Shown here: positions 61,810 through 64,000 of the stretch, piece by piece
Position numbering within the stretch: position 1 is the stretch's first letter
Layout: each line of letters starts with the position of its first letter
Program-made: the position numbers and the translations under genes
The notes under the pieces: generated by a model
What the model was told of the DNA's origin: nothing
Databases searched by the model: none
The model's input: the letters and a program-made list of their open reading frames with translations, nothing else
Assembly: GCA_963793305.1 (NCBI GenBank)
Contig: CAWBZV010000005.1
Span: 512,001 to 576,000, forward strand
Source: an uncultured Gemmatimonadales bacterium
GTDB taxonomy: Bacteria > Gemmatimonadota > Gemmatimonadetes > Gemmatimonadales > Gemmatimonadaceae
Reading direction: 5' to 3'
DNA length: 64,000 nt

Positions 61810-62734
61810 ATGGCGCGACACGAGAGGCGGCCGCAACTGGCGCGCGGTGAGTACTACGGCCGTGTCGTGACGCATCGCGATACGGCGGGGCTGCGGTTGA
61901 CCGATCTGCATCACGCGCGGGGCGTGTTCTTGCCGGAACACACGCACGAGTGCGCGTATTTTTGGCTCCTGCTGTCTGGCGCGTATCGAGAGCACATCGG
62001 GTCGAGGGAGTACCCGCATTGGCCGTTCTCGTTCGGATACTGTCCGATCGGGCTCGAGCATCGGGATGAGGTGGGTCGGTGTGGCGCCCGGTTCTTCGCG
62101 ATCGAGCTCGACGCGCACGGTGCGCAGATGATCGCGGACCTGAACCGTCCGATGAGCACGGCACCGTTCGAGGTGCACGACACGTTGGCGTTCAGCGCGC
62201 TCCTCCAGCTCCACACGGAGTTCTTGCGCGCCCGCGACGGTGGGTATGAGGTGGAGTGCCTCACCGCGGAAACGCTGACGGCCGAGTTCATCGGCTTCGC
62301 GTTCGAGCCCCGGGCCCGGCCCGCGCACCGCCAACCGCGCTGGCTCGCTCCGGTGATCGAGTATCTCGACGCGCACTATGCCCATGTCATCCGCATTAGC
62401 ACGTTGGCGGCCAGTGCGGGAGTGCATCAGGTACACCTGGCGCGCGTGTTTCGCGAGGTCCACCGCTGCAGCATTGCGCAGTATCTGACGACGTTGCGCG
62501 TGCGGCGCGCCTGTTCGTTGCTCGAACGTCGGAGAGCTGACGCTGAGCCAGATTGCGCTACTGACGGGATTCTCGGATCAGAGTCATTTCACGCGCGCCT
62601 TTACGGCCACGGTCGGCTGTTCGCCTGGGGCCTTCCGGCGGGCCGTGTTCCCGCGCGTGCGGTTGGTGCCGGATGCAGCGACACACGCCGCACCGTGTTA
62701 TTCCGAGGGGATTCGTTCGAGTCAGTCGGCGTGA
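61810..62734 (+). CDS. AraC/XylS-family transcriptional regulator; +1 frameshift at ~62533
   Basis: Cupin part LPEHTHECAYFWLLLSGAYRE; PRWL; GVHQVHLARVFR; corrected tail LSQIALLTGFSDQSHFTRAF..GCSPGAFRR. Confidence 0.9.
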
Positions 62735-62771
62735 GGGTCCCCGGCGCGTCAGCGCCACGGAGTGCGTCGGC

Positions 62772-62790
62772 ATTGCGCGGCGTTCAAACC
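62772..62790 (+). promoter_or_regulatory. Motif variant (ATTGCGCGGCGTTCAAACC, one extra base)
   Basis: Between the AraC stop and the CPBP start (28 bp upstream of the ATG). Confidence 0.4.
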
Positions 62791-62818
62791 AAAATGGACT
62801 GGTGTTGTCTCACCGATC

Positions 62819-63679
62819 ATGAGTCGCATCCTTCGGTTCATCGGTCTCATCGCGCTCCTGAGCACGCCGCTGTACATCCTGCACGCCTACAGCCATACAC
62901 CGGGCGCCGGCGCCTACATTCGGCTCCTCATGTGGTGTCCGGCGGCCGCGGCACTCCTCACCCTGCGATCCACCGGCGGGGACCTCGCCAGCATCGGCTG
63001 GCGCTGGCCCTCGGCGCAGTGGGTGGCGTTGAGCTGCCTCATTCCCGTGCTGTACCTCACGGCCACGTATGCGGTTGGGTGGATGATGGGTGGTGGCACA
63101 TTCTTCAATGAAGCATTCGTCCGCACCACGCGGACGAGCTTTGCGTGGCAACGGCTCCCGGTGTGGTCCGTGGCTCCGCTCTTCGTCATCGTCGCCGGAT
63201 CGTCGCGTCTTGTCGCGGACGCCGCACCACTGGGTGAAGAGATCGGCTGGCGCGGCTTTCTTGTACCAGCGCTCGTTGAGCGGCACGGTTTCGTGGTGAC
63301 ATCACTCGTCTCGGGGTTACTCTGGGGGCTCTGGCACTTCCCCTTGATGTTCATCAATCAACCCATGGACTCGTCCGCGCTGATTGGTGCTGCGTGCTTT
63401 CTGGCCACGTTGACTGGGTTATCGTTCCCGATGACCTGGCTTCGGCTCCGCAGTGGCAGCGTCTGGAGTGCGGCATTGTTCCACGTCTCGCACAATACGT
63501 TCAATTCCATCGCGCTGGCACTTCTCACGCCGACCGCGCGGACGCCGATCCTCATGGACGAAACGGGCGTCGTGATGGCAGCGGTCGGATGCCTGATGGC
63601 CGCGATCTTTTGGGCGGTCGCTCGCCGCACGGGGGGAATGGGCACGCCGCGCGTCGCGCCGAGCAGTCCGATGCGTTAG
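62819..63679 (+). CDS. CPBP/Abi intramembrane metalloprotease
   Basis: LGEEIGWRGFL, WGLWHFP, SGSVWSAALFHVSHN. Confidence 0.9.
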   Translation: MSRILRFIGLIALLSTPLYILHAYSHTPGAGAYIRLLMWCPAAAALLTLRSTGGDLASIGWRWPSAQWVALSCLIPVLYLTATYAVGWMMGGGTFFNEAFVRTTRTSFAWQRLPVWSVAPLFVIVAGSSRLVADAAPLGEEIGWRGFLVPALVERHGFVVTSLVSGLLWGLWHFPLMFINQPMDSSALIGAACFLATLTGLSFPMTWLRLRSGSVWSAALFHVSHNTFNSIALALLTPTARTPILMDETGVVMAAVGCLMAAIFWAVARRTGGMGTPRVAPSSPMR

Positions 63680-63770
63680 TAGACCATCCTCGTGAAGCGG
63701 ATCCGGCGCGTTCGCATTGCGCACTACCTGACCACGGGAGTGCGTCGGCGTCTCGCCGACGAGTCAAGTC

Positions 63771-63788
63771 GTTGCATTTGTTCAATAC
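63771..63788 (+). promoter_or_regulatory. Motif copy 23 (GTTGCATTTGTTCAATAC)
   Basis: 18-bp spacer then TATCGA; start codon 31-34 bp downstream. Confidence 0.7.
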
Positions 63789-63822
63789 GACGCGTCCGCC
63801 CCGCACTATCGATCGATCATTG

Positions 63823-64000
63823 ATGCGTGCCACCGAAATCCGGACGCTCCTGGTCGATCCAGATCAGATGGCCCGGCGGGACCTGACCGCGGCGCTGCGG
63901 CGCCACGGTGATGTCCGGCTCATCTCCCGCTGTGGGACGGCGAAGGTGGGGGCCATCGCGATCAGAGCGCACCAACCGGATCTCGTCTTGCTCGACATAC
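63823..64000 (+). CDS. Response regulator receiver domain, 5' part (runs off the window)
   Basis: IRTLLVDPDQMARRDL...QPDLVLLDI. Confidence 0.75.
   Translation, partial: MRATEIRTLLVDPDQMARRDLTAALRRHGDVRLISRCGTAKVGAIAIRAHQPDLVLLDI

Noticed and set aside
3929..62533. Programmed frameshifting or phase variation
   Set aside because: No shared slippery sequence or long homopolymers; the paralog lacks the insertion
4166..63788. The 18-bp motif as integron attC sites or CRISPR repeats
   Set aside because: No RYYYAAC/GTTRRRY cores, mixed orientation, irregular kb-scale spacing, no integrase or cas genes; the fixed distance to a -10 hexamer favours a promoter

Overview
GC-rich bacterial accessory region. 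It looks Gemmatimonadota/Acidobacteriota-like (inferred from the ADOP permeases, a PadR remnant, carboxypeptidase-regulatory-like proteins and apparently leaderless starts). It holds about 50 genes: secreted or membrane hydrolases and peptidases (MBL-fold, alpha/beta hydrolases, M23, M28, M61, S9, aspartyl protease, three CPBP proteases), three ADOP permeases, three LytS/LytTR pairs, and a pobA-pcaHGB-pcaD/C aromatic catabolic block. I recognised no rRNA, tRNA, CRISPR array, integrase or transposase. The main unexplained signal is an 18-bp intergenic motif, GTTG(C/G)nnn(C/T)(G/A)TTC(A/T)A(G/T)AC, found 23 times plus one variant. It is usually followed 18-19 bp later by a -10-like hexamer, so it looks like a shared activator-dependent promoter, and an AraC gene in the window is the candidate regulator. 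One copy drives what looks like a ~70-nt sRNA with an anti-Shine-Dalgarno loop and an intrinsic terminator. Another precedes a small Cys-rich ORF. Several local regulators (LytS/LytTR, PadR, FecR, BlaI, a second LytS) are broken by deletions or an inversion. About 17 single-base frameshifts, nearly all +1, are most likely long-read errors.
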